A DNA stretch of 61,979 nucleotides, the filler included, from Collodictyon triciliatum (Eukaryota): NCBI GenBank assembly GCA_043381765.1. It is 12 parts of 12 records of this genome, joined end to end, with 100 filler letters (N's around TTAATTAATTAA, not from the genome) between each part and the next. Parts side by side here need not be neighbours in the genome. Positions count along the whole stretch, not along the records: positions 1 to 4,907 come from JBHJMP010005656.1; positions 5,008 to 9,910 come from JBHJMP010005657.1; positions 10,011 to 14,913 come from JBHJMP010005658.1; 9 more parts are not named here. The stretch is one strand, 5' to 3'. The position numbers and the translations under genes were made by a program. Below are positions 1 through 12,546 of this stretch, piece by piece; the stretch's first letter is position 1, and each line of letters opens with the position of its first letter. The notes below the pieces were generated by a model, which searched no databases, was not told the DNA's origin, and saw only the letters and a list, made by a program, of their open reading frames with translations.

Positions 1-106
1 AAAAAGAAAAAGAAAAAGAAAAAGAAAAAGAAAAAGAAAAAGAAAAAGAAAAAGAAAAAGAAAAAGAAAAAGAAAAAGAAAAAAGAAAAAAGAAAAAAGA
101 AAAAGA
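1..106. repeat. (GAAAAA)n microsatellite at contig end
   Basis: Direct tandem hexamer repeat. Confidence 0.95.
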
Positions 107-216
107 AGTTGACAGCGTGGTTAATTGCAAAATCAAAAATTAAGAAAGTCTAATTTTTCTCTGTAATTTATAAATTATGACCACATAATTACAGGTACTT
201 AAATTTTGTGTATAAC

Positions 217-3200
217 CTGAGTCATTGTGGGGTCTATGTACTTCACAGATAAGAAATTTTCGAAGCAGCCCTCCATTAACCGATTTGTGTCTCTGTAAGG
301 TAAAAAATAATAATAATAAAAAATTTCTCAGTAAAAGTGAATTAGCAAATTCACATATGGTGGCTTTTTCTTCTCACCCAGCAGAGAAAATGCTGTCATA
401 TATACGCTCGTGGATTGATTCCTTCTTTGAGTCTCTGGGTGATTCGTCTAACACATCGTGTAAATAAAGATTTTGAAGAATCAGAAAGAGGAATTGAACC
501 GAAAATAAAACAATACGACAAAGCCTGACAGTGGTGAGTTTTAATAGAAACAAAATACCTTTATATTGATTTCTGATATGAGAAAGAGAATATTGTATTG
601 CTGGTTTGCGGAAGATATCCTTCCAGATATCAAATTGCCCTCTTTTGATATCCTATTAATGGTATATTTATATATGGCCTGAATCTAGAATTTAAAAACC
701 AATCGCTGAAAACATGTTCAGATGGTACCTCAATATGCAAATTTGTAAATTGGTACCTTGTTCCCAATTCTCTTCTGAAGAAAATGTTTTCCATCCAAAG
801 AGATGTCATTATTTCTCAAAAACTGTAAATAAATATGAGTTCAGTACCTTGCAGAAACTAGATAAGTTAACCGGCCGTAAAAATTATCCAAACATATTTG
901 AATGCGCTTAGTTTTAAACCTTTTACACATCACAATAAAATAATATGTTATCTAGTGATATATTGCTTGATACCTGAAGCGTATTCAGACAAGAACGGAG
1001 ATCATTCTCTGAGAGCTCACATAATGCGATTAGATGTTGTAAGTCTGTTTTCAGTCCTTCGTGATGGCATATTTCCTAAATATCAATATATTACCAAGAT
1101 AAAGCTAAATTATTTGCTTTAAAATAATGAAAAATAAAAAAAAAGCCAATTATCTATTTCAAAAAAGTATCTCAATACTTGCAGCCTATTTGCCATTTTT
1201 GTTGTTGAGGTTCGATTCAAGGTAAAGTTCAAAGCAATCTGACGCAGAGGCCTTAAAGCAGGTACGAAGCTGGAAAAGTTGTTCATAATTAATAAATGCA
1301 CATTTCCTTCCCTTGAATCGAATAAAGGGAAAAAAATTAATAAATGCAAAGGTTATCAAAATATAATATTGTATCACATCGATGTTAATCTATACGCATC
1401 GTTGCAGATGGCGATTATAGGCTTTGTTATTTTTGCACCCCTGTTAGAAACTTTCTTACTGGATTTTACTCCATCACCCACTTTCGAATCTCTAAATCAC
1501 AAAAATAAACCTACATTAGATTTTGTACAGGAGATACGCGTATTCTCGCATAATAGCCATAACTGTCAAACCTATAAACATACCCGCTTGATTTTGATGA
1601 AGACTGTATCATATTTACAAGCATTTGGATAGCTCCCTTTTATTTTATTTTTAAACATATTTGTTAAAATTGTAAGGTGTTAATAATTTTCCATTTTTCC
1701 AGTTTCTTCCGTCACACATTGATGTTTTTTTCCAATATCCTTAATGATGTTTGAGTTGAACCTTTGTGCTACTGTCGTTGACAGCACCATCGATCTCATC
1801 CACTAATATGTTCAAGGGGGGAGGGGATGCGGTCATTTTAAATTAAATATTTAGCATATAAAATGTATTTTAAACTCACGAATGATTAGACTAGGTTTTT
1901 GAGCAGCAAATGAGCTCTTAATTTCCATGGCATTCATTATTTTGGTCTTGAGCGACTCAGATGTTTTGTCTTCGCTGTATTTGGATCGATTGGTTACTTA
2001 CATTGAAAACATTAAAAAAAAATTTTTCTCAAAAATGAAAAAGTCGTTTGTTTACTTACCTGGCATTTATTTCGATGGGAGTATATCCTGCATGTTTTGC
2101 AAGTATGTGTACAAGAGTGGTTTTACCAAGCCCTGGAGGCCCCGATAAAAGGATGATCTAAATTAGCCATTAACAAATGAAGAAATAAATAAATATCCGT
2201 AGTTCTTAACGAAACCATCAGTGAATTATTTCTCTTCTATAACCAATTGAGAAAAGAAATTACGGGATGGCAATCGATATGTTTATAATAGAAAAAAAAA
2301 CCTTTTTGATTGGGAAACCATCCTGCCCGATAAATGGTATCTCAGGTTTTTGAAAGAAGGGTTTATACTCTGAAAAAAAATAATTGATGTTAAATTTCCT
2401 CTATACATCTTTAAACTTGATGCACATATCGATACTCGTTTCAGAAAATCAACAAGATACACTAAACTACCTTTAGACCCTGGGACAAAGGCGGATTTTT
2501 TGTCAAATGCCATTTTTGGTGCATATGAACTGGAATTTGTTCTGGCTATTCAAAATGAGGCAAAAGGACGTTGATCAATAATGTGCATCGGCCCATATTT
2601 TATCATCATTCTTAATGTCGAATCGTATAAGTTGGAAAGGCTTGGCTTCGACACCTCAGATTATGTAGTTCATTTCTTTTCACAATTATCCCGCCTTATA
2701 GTGATAATAGTTTCGTTTGTTTTCCCTTATACTCGAAAGGACAGAATCATGTATTATTATTGCATATTTATTTTTACATGGAGGATTGAACGGACGGGAA
2801 AACACAGGGCCATCCCATGACTTAATCCATCTCAAAATTTCGCGATTAGTATTCTAGATAATAATTTTTTTTTTAAAAAAAGTACTTACACTAGTCATAC
2901 TATATACATAAAGAGGACTAATATGACTTCCCCAGTGTTCTATGTGCAAAATGAAACTCTGAAGGACTAACTTCATCACTCAGAAGGTCCATAAAAGTCA
3001 TTGGTCTGTATTTATCGACCCAAAGCTTATCCTCTACTGGTCTATATACCGAGGTATTGTGCATTTGGCTTTATTTAATTAAATAAATTGACGCGTTTGA
3101 GACGAGATTGCAACTGTTTCTTGGACGAAATCCTATACTCCACTTAAAAAAAATAAAAACAAAATCAGAATCATGAAGTAGAGAGCCACGTACCTTTGCT

Positions 3201-4426
3201 TCCGATGAAGGGCCGAAGATTTTTCGCGGTGTCTAACCTACACGTTTGAAAATAGTGACAACTTATAATAAAACCTCTGTGTATTGGTTCATAACTGAGC
3301 TATCTTTGTCATGCAATTCATTTCCTTTTGCCGACCAATAAATACAGTTTATTACATGGAGAGGAATGCGAATCTAATGATAAGAAACCTTTTGGAGGGC
3401 AGCTGACATAACATCATCTATCGACTTTCCTAGGAGACCGTGTTTATTCTGTGCAGATGAATCCAGTATTTTTGGGATGGACGCGATGTTTTGATACACA
3501 CCAAGATAAACTTGGTCCCCATTTGGTAGCTTCACAGAAACACTCTTTGAGCCTATCGGCTCAATTCGATGTATTCCCCTGTGCTTAGTTTGGCTAATCT
3601 CCACCCCCAAGCGAACACGCTTCTGGGCTGTGTNNNNNNNNNNNNNNNNNNNNNNNNNNNNNNNNNNNNNNNNNNNNNNNNNNNNNNNNNNNNNNNNNNN
3701 NNNNNNNNNNNNNNNNGTAATTAGCGATATACATTAAACTATTGTATTTTGATATGAATTATGCCTCTGGATTCATCCAATGATGACGAAAAGTCTGCAT
3801 ATGGGTCCTCTGATGTATGAGGTAATCTGTCTGCTACATCATTCTGGTGCACTCTCAAATGGGACATAGGGGATTGTATCGGGAGAGCTCTTTTAGTTAC
3901 ATGGTCTCGGCTAGTACTGGTGTTTTGAGGAGATTCAGGGCTCATCTGCTAATGTTTCAATTTAGAATCAAGGAAAATGAAAAAAAAAAGGGAAAAAAAA
4001 GGAATAGAATGAAAAATGAAAAGAGGGAAATGATGGAGAAAAGGAGAAAGGAAAATCGAGGATTAAAGGCTTATAAAAGCTTACTTTTGTAGAGGTCGGA
4101 GCAAGTTTTGCGGGGGTTGTAGCAAGACCTCCTTCCTCTGGCAGATCTTCATATATGCTCCACTCTTCTTCACCTCCATTTTCTTCGTCTATTCTAATGT
4201 CTTCCTGTTGGTTGTGGCTGGCATCAGCCTCGGCGTTGTAGTTCCCTGTGTTTCGGATCAAGTGGAATAAGATAGGTTTGACAAGAGAACTAAAGAACAG
4301 AGGGACACACGATCATGGCCTTTTTGCGACAGAGTTTACAACAGGCTCTTCTCTTATATTTCTTTATTAACCGTATTATCATTTGGGCTTGCGCCTACCA
4401 TCAGAGTAGTCCGACGGATCATCCAT
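217..4426 (-). CDS. CTF18: Chromosome transmission fidelity protein 18 (RFC-like clamp loader large subunit), multi-exon, 3'-partial
   Basis: Spliced minus-strand exons give [18 protein letters not shown] / [14 protein letters not shown], Walker [15 protein letters not shown]...[12 protein letters not shown] (~2059-2158), Walker B DEIDG (~1790), [19 protein letters not shown] and [10 protein letters not shown]. The ATG at 4426 (MDDPSDYSD) is inferred. GT-AG introns. Confidence 0.9.
1287..1348 (+). mobile_element. Micro-retroelement copy 1 (34-nt insert, 14-bp TSD), in a CTF18 intron
   Basis: AATTAATAAATGCA (1287-1300) + CATTTCCTTCCCTTGAATCGAATAAAGGGAAAAA + AATTAATAAATGCA (1335-1348). Confidence 0.85.
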
Positions 4427-4907
4427 CACGATAGGGAGCACTGACCTACAAAAGTCCACACAGGGTCAAAGCGCACGTTTAAGAGGAAGCCTTAGACCGT
4501 TTCTGAGGTCGCCCCCCGTCTTTGGGAGCACTTCCTCCTTTTCTTTTCTCTTGTGTGCGGCGATTTTTTTATTTCGACATTGAAGCGAATAATTTCATAA
4601 ACCGACTCTCGATTTTTGTGGGTTTCTTCCTTTTTCTTTCCCTGGCATTTATTAATTTTATGCCTTTCTCCTTTATTTGTGACACTTGTTTTTCCATGTT
4701 CTTTATGAGTTTTGCTCAGCTGGCGTTGCACAGGTGTTAAGGAACCTTCATGAATAACTATATTTTATAGGAAAGGGGTTTCGTGTTGGTATTGTCCATT
4801 CGTTAATAAAAAAAGAAAAAAAAGAAAAAAAAGAAAAAAAAGAAAAAAAAAAAAAAAAAGAAAAAAAAGAAAAAAAAGAAAAAAAAAAAAAAAAAAAAAA
4901 AAAAAAA

Positions 4908-5007
4908 NNNNNNNNNNNNNNNNNNNNNNNNNNNNNNNNNNNNNNNNNNNNTTAATTAATTAANNNNNNNNNNNNNNNNNNNNNNNNNNNNNNNNNNNNN
5001 NNNNNNN
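4908..5007. other. Artificial contig linker N-TTAATTAATTAA-N (stops in all six frames)
   Basis: Same 12-mer between N runs at 4952, 9955, 14958, 19968, 24970, 29970, 34970, 39968, 49304, 54300 and 59296. Contigs are ~4.9 kb and appear size-sorted. Confidence 0.98.
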
Positions 5008-5120
5008 GAAACAAAGAAACAAAGAAACAAAGAAACAAAGAAACAAAGAAACAAAGAAACAAAGAAACAAAGAAACAAAGAAACAAAGAAACAAAGAAAC
5101 AAAGAAACAAAGAAACAAAG
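5008..5120. repeat. (GAAACAAA)n microsatellite
   Basis: Tandem octamer at contig start. Confidence 0.95.
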
Positions 5121-5212
5121 AACTAAAGAACCAAAGAAACAAACACCACACATAAATACTGATTGTCCTCTAAAACACCAGAGAACACTTACCAGGCGAG
5201 CCACGACGAAGC

Positions 5213-7939
5213 ATGCTCGAGAGCACGATGGCAAGTGAAGGCAGCGAAAAAAATTCCAATATTGAGGCTGACCAAGACACAGCGAACAAGTGTGATATTG
5301 TAACCGCACAGCTCTCTGTGGGGCTCTCTCCGAGTTCAAAGAGAGATGGAGTTGTAAGTAAAAGTTGGAGGTATTTAGATTGGGAAAGATTTCAATGTGA
5401 TACGCAAGGGAAACCACTCCTTTTCAGCAACAGGACGTACATACGCAAAGTCAGCCACCAAAATACATTCTCTGAACATTTGCTGCACAACCACCGGGTC
5501 AATAGCCTGTGTTGGACCTTCTTTGGGCGTTTCAGTGTGGTCATTCCAGTCTTTGCTATCTCAAGCCTTGTTTGGTGGTACATCCTAGCGACGGGTCACG
5601 GCGCGCAGACACACTCTTACTTTTTCGCTCTGACACTGCTCGCTCTCTTTATTTACACACTTTTCTTTATGATTTTTCAGGCTGATATCATTCATATCTC
5701 TCTCAAGCGCTTCGACACTATCTTTATCCTCATCAACATCGTCACAAACATGACCTCTCTGGCACAAAGTCTCCACTGGAGTTGGCTGGGAAGGCTCTGG
5801 GTTGTATTCATTGCATTTCTATACCTAAACTCCCTCATCATGGATGGTTATCCATTGAGTTTCCGCATAATTGAGCGACTTATCCGTCCCTATCTCGACC
5901 ATATTAACCTCCAGAACATCAATAAGCAATATTACAGTTGGAGCTACGATGATAATAATACACAAGTCTACTTGCTCAAATGGTTTGCTGTCCTCCAGGT
6001 AGCCATGAATCCTATTGTGGGCTCTCATAAGAACTTTCTCAAGCAACTTAGCTTTCGCTTGGTGGCTGGAGGAGTTACGTTGTGGTTTGCCATTTTCATT
6101 TCAATTTCGTGTCAGATGGTCTTATTTTTCCTGGTTGAAATGGATAAGGTAGTTGGGCATGACATCGTGGTTTTCGATGTTCTGTGGCTTCGGTTATCCA
6201 CTCAATTATTATTCCGCACCAGCACAATCAATATCGTTTTGTTCCTTCTGCGCCGCCTATGGACTTCTTATCGTAGGCCATTTGAAATGCTTTCAGTTCG
6301 CCAGCAGCTTATTTGTATTCCAGTTTTTAAAGAGTGGGAACATTATATAAAGTTCCTTCTACAGGAAATTCATGTTTCTTCCCCCATTGATTGCGTTACG
6401 TCTTCTCTACCACCACCACTACCATCTCCAACAGTATCAATGCCCGATTGCCCTAAGGAGCAGTACAACCACGTGGTAATACAAATTCCTCATGATGACC
6501 ACTATCCACCATCATTAGTGCAATCCCAAGAACATGGAGACAGCAAACAACCTTGCCAAGATGCAATCCAAATGTCAGAGAATGTGGACATGTCAAAATC
6601 TATTCGTCAACTGGGCTTATGTATTCCAAATGCAATTGTAGAAATCGACAGTCATATGGCGGACCAGACCAAAATATCTTTGCCTCAACCTTTGGGTCTT
6701 TACTCCCAAAAACAGCACCAACCAATTCAACTCTACCAGCTGGGGTCCTCTCCTTCATCGATCCCTTTGGTAATGGACGAGTCAGCCTCTGTGACAGAAT
6801 CCAATTTTAATTTTGATTCTCAAAGTGAAAGTCATCCGGTACATCATCCATCCTCAAAAGAAAACACAAAAAAGTCTAAAAATGCAGTTTATGTGATTAA
6901 TAGGAATGCACAAGAACACGATAAAAAGGAAAACTTGAGTTCAAATAAAAAAAGCAATTCGTTCGTTCGTGAAAATGCCAACAAAAGTGCGAGATATTAC
7001 CTATTGGCATCAAACCCAAACTATATATTTGAATTCCAAGCGGATGAGGACTTACTATCAAGAATATTTGTACCCTCACAGGCACATAAGGTTCGCCAAT
7101 TCATTATCAAAATCGTTCCAATCAGCAGCGTGTTATGGTTGGTGGGGTCAGTGCTGTTTTTCGTCTCTTTCACAAATACCAGCCCAAAACTCTTTTGGTT
7201 GTACAACATATCTTTTGCCGCTGCTGCTCTTCATTACTTGATACTTTTCAGCCTTCACCACTATCGCATTGTGATGTTGGCGATGGCCAATTTTGATGCC
7301 TTTTATCTCCAAATGGTTAATATCACATTTTGCCTAACCATGGCCGCTTATCTCCGATGGGATGGTGTCAGAGTATACACAGGCCTTTTGAATTTTTTTT
7401 TCGCCTTCTCCTTTGTCATTGTTCATGACGCATCTCCAAAAAGTTTGAAATCTACTCAAAAGAAATTCAGAAGTTACGTGAATCTCGGGCACAGCATAGA
7501 CAAAATCCCTCACCGGTTTTTGGAAATGGCTTACTTGATATGTATAAATTATTTCCCTTCCAACAAAATCCTGCATGAATCATTGCTTCACCTGGTAAAA
7601 GAAAAGCAACCCAAAACACTTTTAGAGCACTTGAGAGAAGTTAAAAAAACAGTTCGCTTTGTTGACCTCGTGGATTGGTTGGCTTTCTCGTATGGGATGA
7701 TATTCATTACCTACATCAGTGTCCTTGTCGAGTTTGACATGGTTGCTGGGTCCGAGGACAGAGAAATCACACTAATAGGGAGATGGTACCTAAGTTCCAT
7801 TTTAAAGGCGTGCATTGTTAACACCTTCCTCCTACTGGGCAGAAGGGCGTTTTGGAAAATCTGGAATCCATTCCTTTGTCCATCACTCGAGAGAGGAATA
7901 CACAAATTCCCTCTCGTCAACGCCGTCATGGAATCTTAA
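5213..7939 (+). CDS. Intronless 908-aa multi-pass membrane protein with two homologous TM domains; function unknown
   Basis: Long uninterrupted ORF. Two hydrophobic blocks share motifs (KRFDTIFILINI / ANFDAFYLQMVNI; IMDGYP / VHDASP; INIVLFLLRRLW..YRRPF / VNTFLLLGRRAFW.IWNPF) and are separated by a Pro/Ser/Gln-rich linker. Confidence 0.85.
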   Translation: MLESTMASEGSEKNSNIEADQDTANKCDIVTAQLSVGLSPSSKRDGVVSKSWRYLDWERFQCDTQGKPLLFSNRTYIRKVSHQNTFSEHLLHNHRVNSLCWTFFGRFSVVIPVFAISSLVWWYILATGHGAQTHSYFFALTLLALFIYTLFFMIFQADIIHISLKRFDTIFILINIVTNMTSLAQSLHWSWLGRLWVVFIAFLYLNSLIMDGYPLSFRIIERLIRPYLDHINLQNINKQYYSWSYDDNNTQVYLLKWFAVLQVAMNPIVGSHKNFLKQLSFRLVAGGVTLWFAIFISISCQMVLFFLVEMDKVVGHDIVVFDVLWLRLSTQLLFRTSTINIVLFLLRRLWTSYRRPFEMLSVRQQLICIPVFKEWEHYIKFLLQEIHVSSPIDCVTSSLPPPLPSPTVSMPDCPKEQYNHVVIQIPHDDHYPPSLVQSQEHGDSKQPCQDAIQMSENVDMSKSIRQLGLCIPNAIVEIDSHMADQTKISLPQPLGLYSQKQHQPIQLYQLGSSPSSIPLVMDESASVTESNFNFDSQSESHPVHHPSSKENTKKSKNAVYVINRNAQEHDKKENLSSNKKSNSFVRENANKSARYYLLASNPNYIFEFQADEDLLSRIFVPSQAHKVRQFIIKIVPISSVLWLVGSVLFFVSFTNTSPKLFWLYNISFAAAALHYLILFSLHHYRIVMLAMANFDAFYLQMVNITFCLTMAAYLRWDGVRVYTGLLNFFFAFSFVIVHDASPKSLKSTQKKFRSYVNLGHSIDKIPHRFLEMAYLICINYFPSNKILHESLLHLVKEKQPKTLLEHLREVKKTVRFVDLVDWLAFSYGMIFITYISVLVEFDMVAGSEDREITLIGRWYLSSILKACIVNTFLLLGRRAFWKIWNPFLCPSLERGIHKFPLVNAVMES

Positions 7940-7984
7940 TTTTTTCCCCAACATATTCATCTATTGTTAGATGTTGAAGCATTT

Positions 7985-8043
7985 ATCTATTTACTCCACC
8001 CTTTGAATCGAATAAAGGAAAAAAAAATCTATTTACTCCACCC
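7985..8043 (+). mobile_element. Micro-retroelement copy 2 (25-nt insert, 17-bp TSD), just 3' of the 908-aa gene
   Basis: ATCTATTTACTCCACCC (7985-8001) + TTTGAATCGAATAAAGGAAAAAAAA + ATCTATTTACTCCACCC (8027-8043). Confidence 0.92.
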
Positions 8044-8992
8044 ATCCACATCCTGTTCTTCATAATATGTTTCTATTCTTTTCTTTATGAAAAAAAAATA
8101 TCTTCCGCTTAATACATTCTTGCCTGTTCTGAACCAAAGGCGGTCCAAGTCTGGTGTTTGTTGCTTTGCTTTTACCTTTGTTATCTATTTGATTTGATAT
8201 TCCATCAATCGATCTCATCTACCCAATAAACTGGGTCTATGTGAATCCCCCTAGAACGCTCCCACTATCGTGGCCAGCCAGTATACCCACCCATGCTCTG
8301 TTCAGGCTCGAGTGTCTTAATAGTTGCGAATGAAGGGGTCTGATAATGCCATCTTACCATGAAGCAAAAATCTGCCATCAATTCAGGTTGTTGTTTTGAC
8401 TCTTTTATCGATGGCTGTGTATAGGCTATACGCAAACAATCTGTTTCAAGAAACCAAAAGCTATGGAATCCAGGTCAATTATTTTAGTTTGGCCAATCTT
8501 AAAGAATTATTGATGGCAACAGATTGAGTAAATAAATAATACAGATAGGGAGTGCTTTCAAAAGACTATCTAAGAAGACGTATTGATATACCATGAAAAC
8601 AAAACTCCATCGTTTTGTGGTGTGGGCGTAGGTTCATGGGCACCCACCACCAGCAACAGCAGTATTTGTAATTTGCTATTGCCCGCTAAAAAAATAAACC
8701 AATCGTGTTTGATTTCCATATCGTTTTACTAAATTGCACTCTATCTCGGTGCAATATGCTTAATTTGAACGGAAAATGGAAAAAAAAAAGGCCTGTAATC
8801 TAGGTGTTGCAAGAGATACCGTCTCTTTGAAATCTGAGAATAAAGCATTCGGAGATAATGCAGCGAAGATTGTATCTTAAACCTATGTATTTATTTGATT
8901 GCTACAGTTTTTAGAATGTCCGAAACATTTTCAAGCTCTAGGCAGGCATGCACACATTCAAATACATATATTTGATAGATAGATAGATAGAC

Positions 8993-9045
8993 ACATGGAC
9001 GGACATTGAATCAGATAAAGGAAAAAAAAAGACATGGACGGACAT
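8993..9045 (+). mobile_element. Micro-retroelement copy 3 (variant core, 14-bp TSD)
   Basis: ACATGGACGGACAT (8993-9006) + TGAATCAGATAAAGGAAAAAAAAAG + ACATGGACGGACAT (9032-9045). Confidence 0.85.
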
Positions 9046-9851
9046 CTAAGAGAGTTGTGTGGATACCACCGGGTGGGGCGTGGACAATCCCAATGACGCC
9101 TCGCTGCGGCTTTGAACCTCCTAAGGCGCACACATTATTTGCGGCAAGTCGCATACCCAAAACGGAGTGTGTGACAACAAGTGACGTGTCCGGCGGTCAT
9201 GATTCACCATCCGCGCAACGGTCTGCGATTCCCTCTTCAGACAAATTTCTATGTAAGCTGACCCATATGTGGAACTCTACCGATTCCCACGGTTTGGTTT
9301 TCTTTCGCGAGCCAATTCCGTTACAGGCCGCTATGTGCGCAGATTCGTTTGTGAGAAGCCTTTGGTGGGGCCGCAGAGAGGATCAAAAAACAAGGCCTGA
9401 TATTTATTACATGGCGATGAAACATATGTGTGATGTGTGTGCCTGCACGTATATATGTGAGTAGGTGTGTGCGCATGAGAAGCAAATCTATGGTGAACCG
9501 ACAACTTAGTCGGGGTTGCTTTTGTTTGCGTGGACTCCGCCCTATTGAGGCCGTTGAGAAAATACGTGGCATATGAGAAAGAGAGGAAGAGAAAAAAGAT
9601 CTCGGGGGTGAAGGTCTGGGTCGCTTGGCATACTCGAAACCCTAGCATGGAGGCCTGATTCCCGAATATTGACCGCACCAAGTTCTGCCTCGTGGAGCGC
9701 GGCTTTATCTTGCCCCTCCAATAACTTATCGCCCTCCTTCCCTCGATTTCTTGAGCAAGGAAGTTACCGCCCAACATGAACCTCTCGTGTATGCCCTTTA
9801 AAATTGGCTGCTATCGTTGTTTTTCATGCCGCACATCCCAGGCTTATTGCA

Positions 9852-9887
<36 letters not shown>

Positions 9888-10010
9888 CTTTTTTTTTTGT
9901 GTTGTTTTTTNNNNNNNNNNNNNNNNNNNNNNNNNNNNNNNNNNNNNNNNNNNNTTAATTAATTAANNNNNNNNNNNNNNNNNNNNNNNNNNNNNNNNNN
10001 NNNNNNNNNN

Positions 10011-10554
10011 CGTGGCCGAGTCGCGTCTGGCCGAGTCGCGGCGGCTGCTGCAGGCTGCCTCCGACAAAGGGCTGCCCGATGCGCGGGCCAATCTGCGCCT
10101 GTACAACTCGGGCGCCGATGTGCGGGCCAACCTGCGCACAGCTGAAGCGCTTGTCCACACGCACCCGAAGGCTGCCGCGCATATCTACGAGGTCGTGGCA
10201 TTTGGCTGCGCGAGTGCGGACGCGTGTCTCGGACTTGCCGTCTGCTGTCTTCGCGGTGTGGGTGTGGGTGTGGGTGCAGGTGCAGATGCAGACGCAGATG
10301 CAGATGTGGGTCTGGATGTGCCCTGCAATGCCGCGTTTGCCCTGCGCTATCTGCTCAAGGCCGCCCTGCTCGACCACCCAGTCGCCTGCTTCGGCCTCGG
10401 CTGCCTCTGCGCCGGTCTGGCGGGCTTGTTTGTCGGCGGCGATGGTGTCCCCGCTGCGGGTCTCGGCAATCTGGATGTTGCTGCCCGCTGGTGGGGCCGT
10501 GCTGCTGAATTGGGCCATAGGGATGCGCGCCGTCTGCTCCGCCTCATGGCGTAG
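10011..10554 (+). CDS. Sel1-like repeat protein, 5'-partial
   Basis: GC-rich ORF with Sel1 motifs LQAASDKGLPDARANL, YLLKAALLDHPVACFGLG and AARWWGRAAELGHRDARRLL. Contains a GV/AD dipeptide microsatellite insert. Confidence 0.75.
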
Positions 10555-10766
10555 ATTCCCTGCTCCGTGCGGAAATGCGTGCCTGTGTCTGCCTCACACA
10601 CACACACACACACACACACACTCTCTCTCTCTCTCTCTCATCTGTGTATTCGATAAATGAGGCAGTCTGCGTAGATGTTCCTCTGCTTTTGTTTTTGTCT
10701 TTGTCTCTAATCAACGGGTTTGCTTTGGTTTATTCACACGCTGGCTGCAACGGTCGGCGTTTGGCT

Positions 10767-11749
<983 letters not shown>

Positions 11750-12185
11750 CACCTGTGCTCAGATCGGCTTCGGATCTACTTTCGAGAATCGGCTTTCAGT
11801 TTGAGTCCTAGTGACCTATCAGAGTCAAGCGATCTGGTTTTTTGCTACGTTGTTGGATCGATCCAGTGTTTTTTTCACTTGGTCAAAACCATGGACGTAA
11901 CGGTATCTTAATCTGGAATTTTGAGGGTGGAAACGACTCCGCCTCCATATCGCTTTCATGAGGATTCTCGTAGCTGGTGGCAGTTTTCGTCTGTTGCTTG
12001 TGTGTGCTTGCAGGGCTTCTTGCACTGTTTCGCGCAAGACTTGACAGGCTGTTAGCCTTGTAATAAGCGCCCAATCAGACACGTTATCAATAGTCCCTTT
12101 AGCGCTAGATAGCGGCCAGTCCCACGATTTAATTCCGTGAGTTCATCTCTGAAAGGAAGAAGTGTAGTCCTTTACGAATTCAGAG

Positions 12186-12462
12186 AATAAAAACAAAAAC
12201 AAAAAACAGAAAAACAAAAAACAAAAACAAAAAGCAAAAAACAAAAAGCAAAAAACAAAAAGCAAAAAACAAAAACAAAAAACAGAAAACAGAAAACAGA
12301 AAAACAAAAAACAGAAAAACAGAAAAACAGAAAACAAAAAACAGAAAACAAAAAAACAGAAAACAAAAAACAGAAAACAAAAAACAGAAAACAAAAAACA
12401 AAAACAAAAACAAAGAAAACAAAGAAAAAACAAAAACAGAAACAAAAACGAAAAAAACAAAA
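12186..12462. repeat. Compound (AAAAAC/AGAAAAC)n low-complexity repeat between the divergent MORN5 and TRIM-like genes
   Basis: Direct observation. Confidence 0.9.
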
Positions 12463-12546
12463 AGAGTCGTATTCCAGCGCCTTCCTGAGCTCGCGGCTCA
12501 ACCCCTGATAAACTCACACCTGACACGCCCCCACACGGCTTCAAGT

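Noticed and set aside
4952-4963. Recurrent TTAATTAATTAA palindrome about every 5 kb
   Set aside because: Always embedded in fixed-length N runs. It is an artificial six-frame-stop linker, not biology.
12143-12544. Many F/C/L/V-, K- or I-rich ORFs in the ORF track (e.g. 12143, 17585, 36895, 42927, 47078)
   Set aside because: Translations of microsatellites or N runs, not genes.
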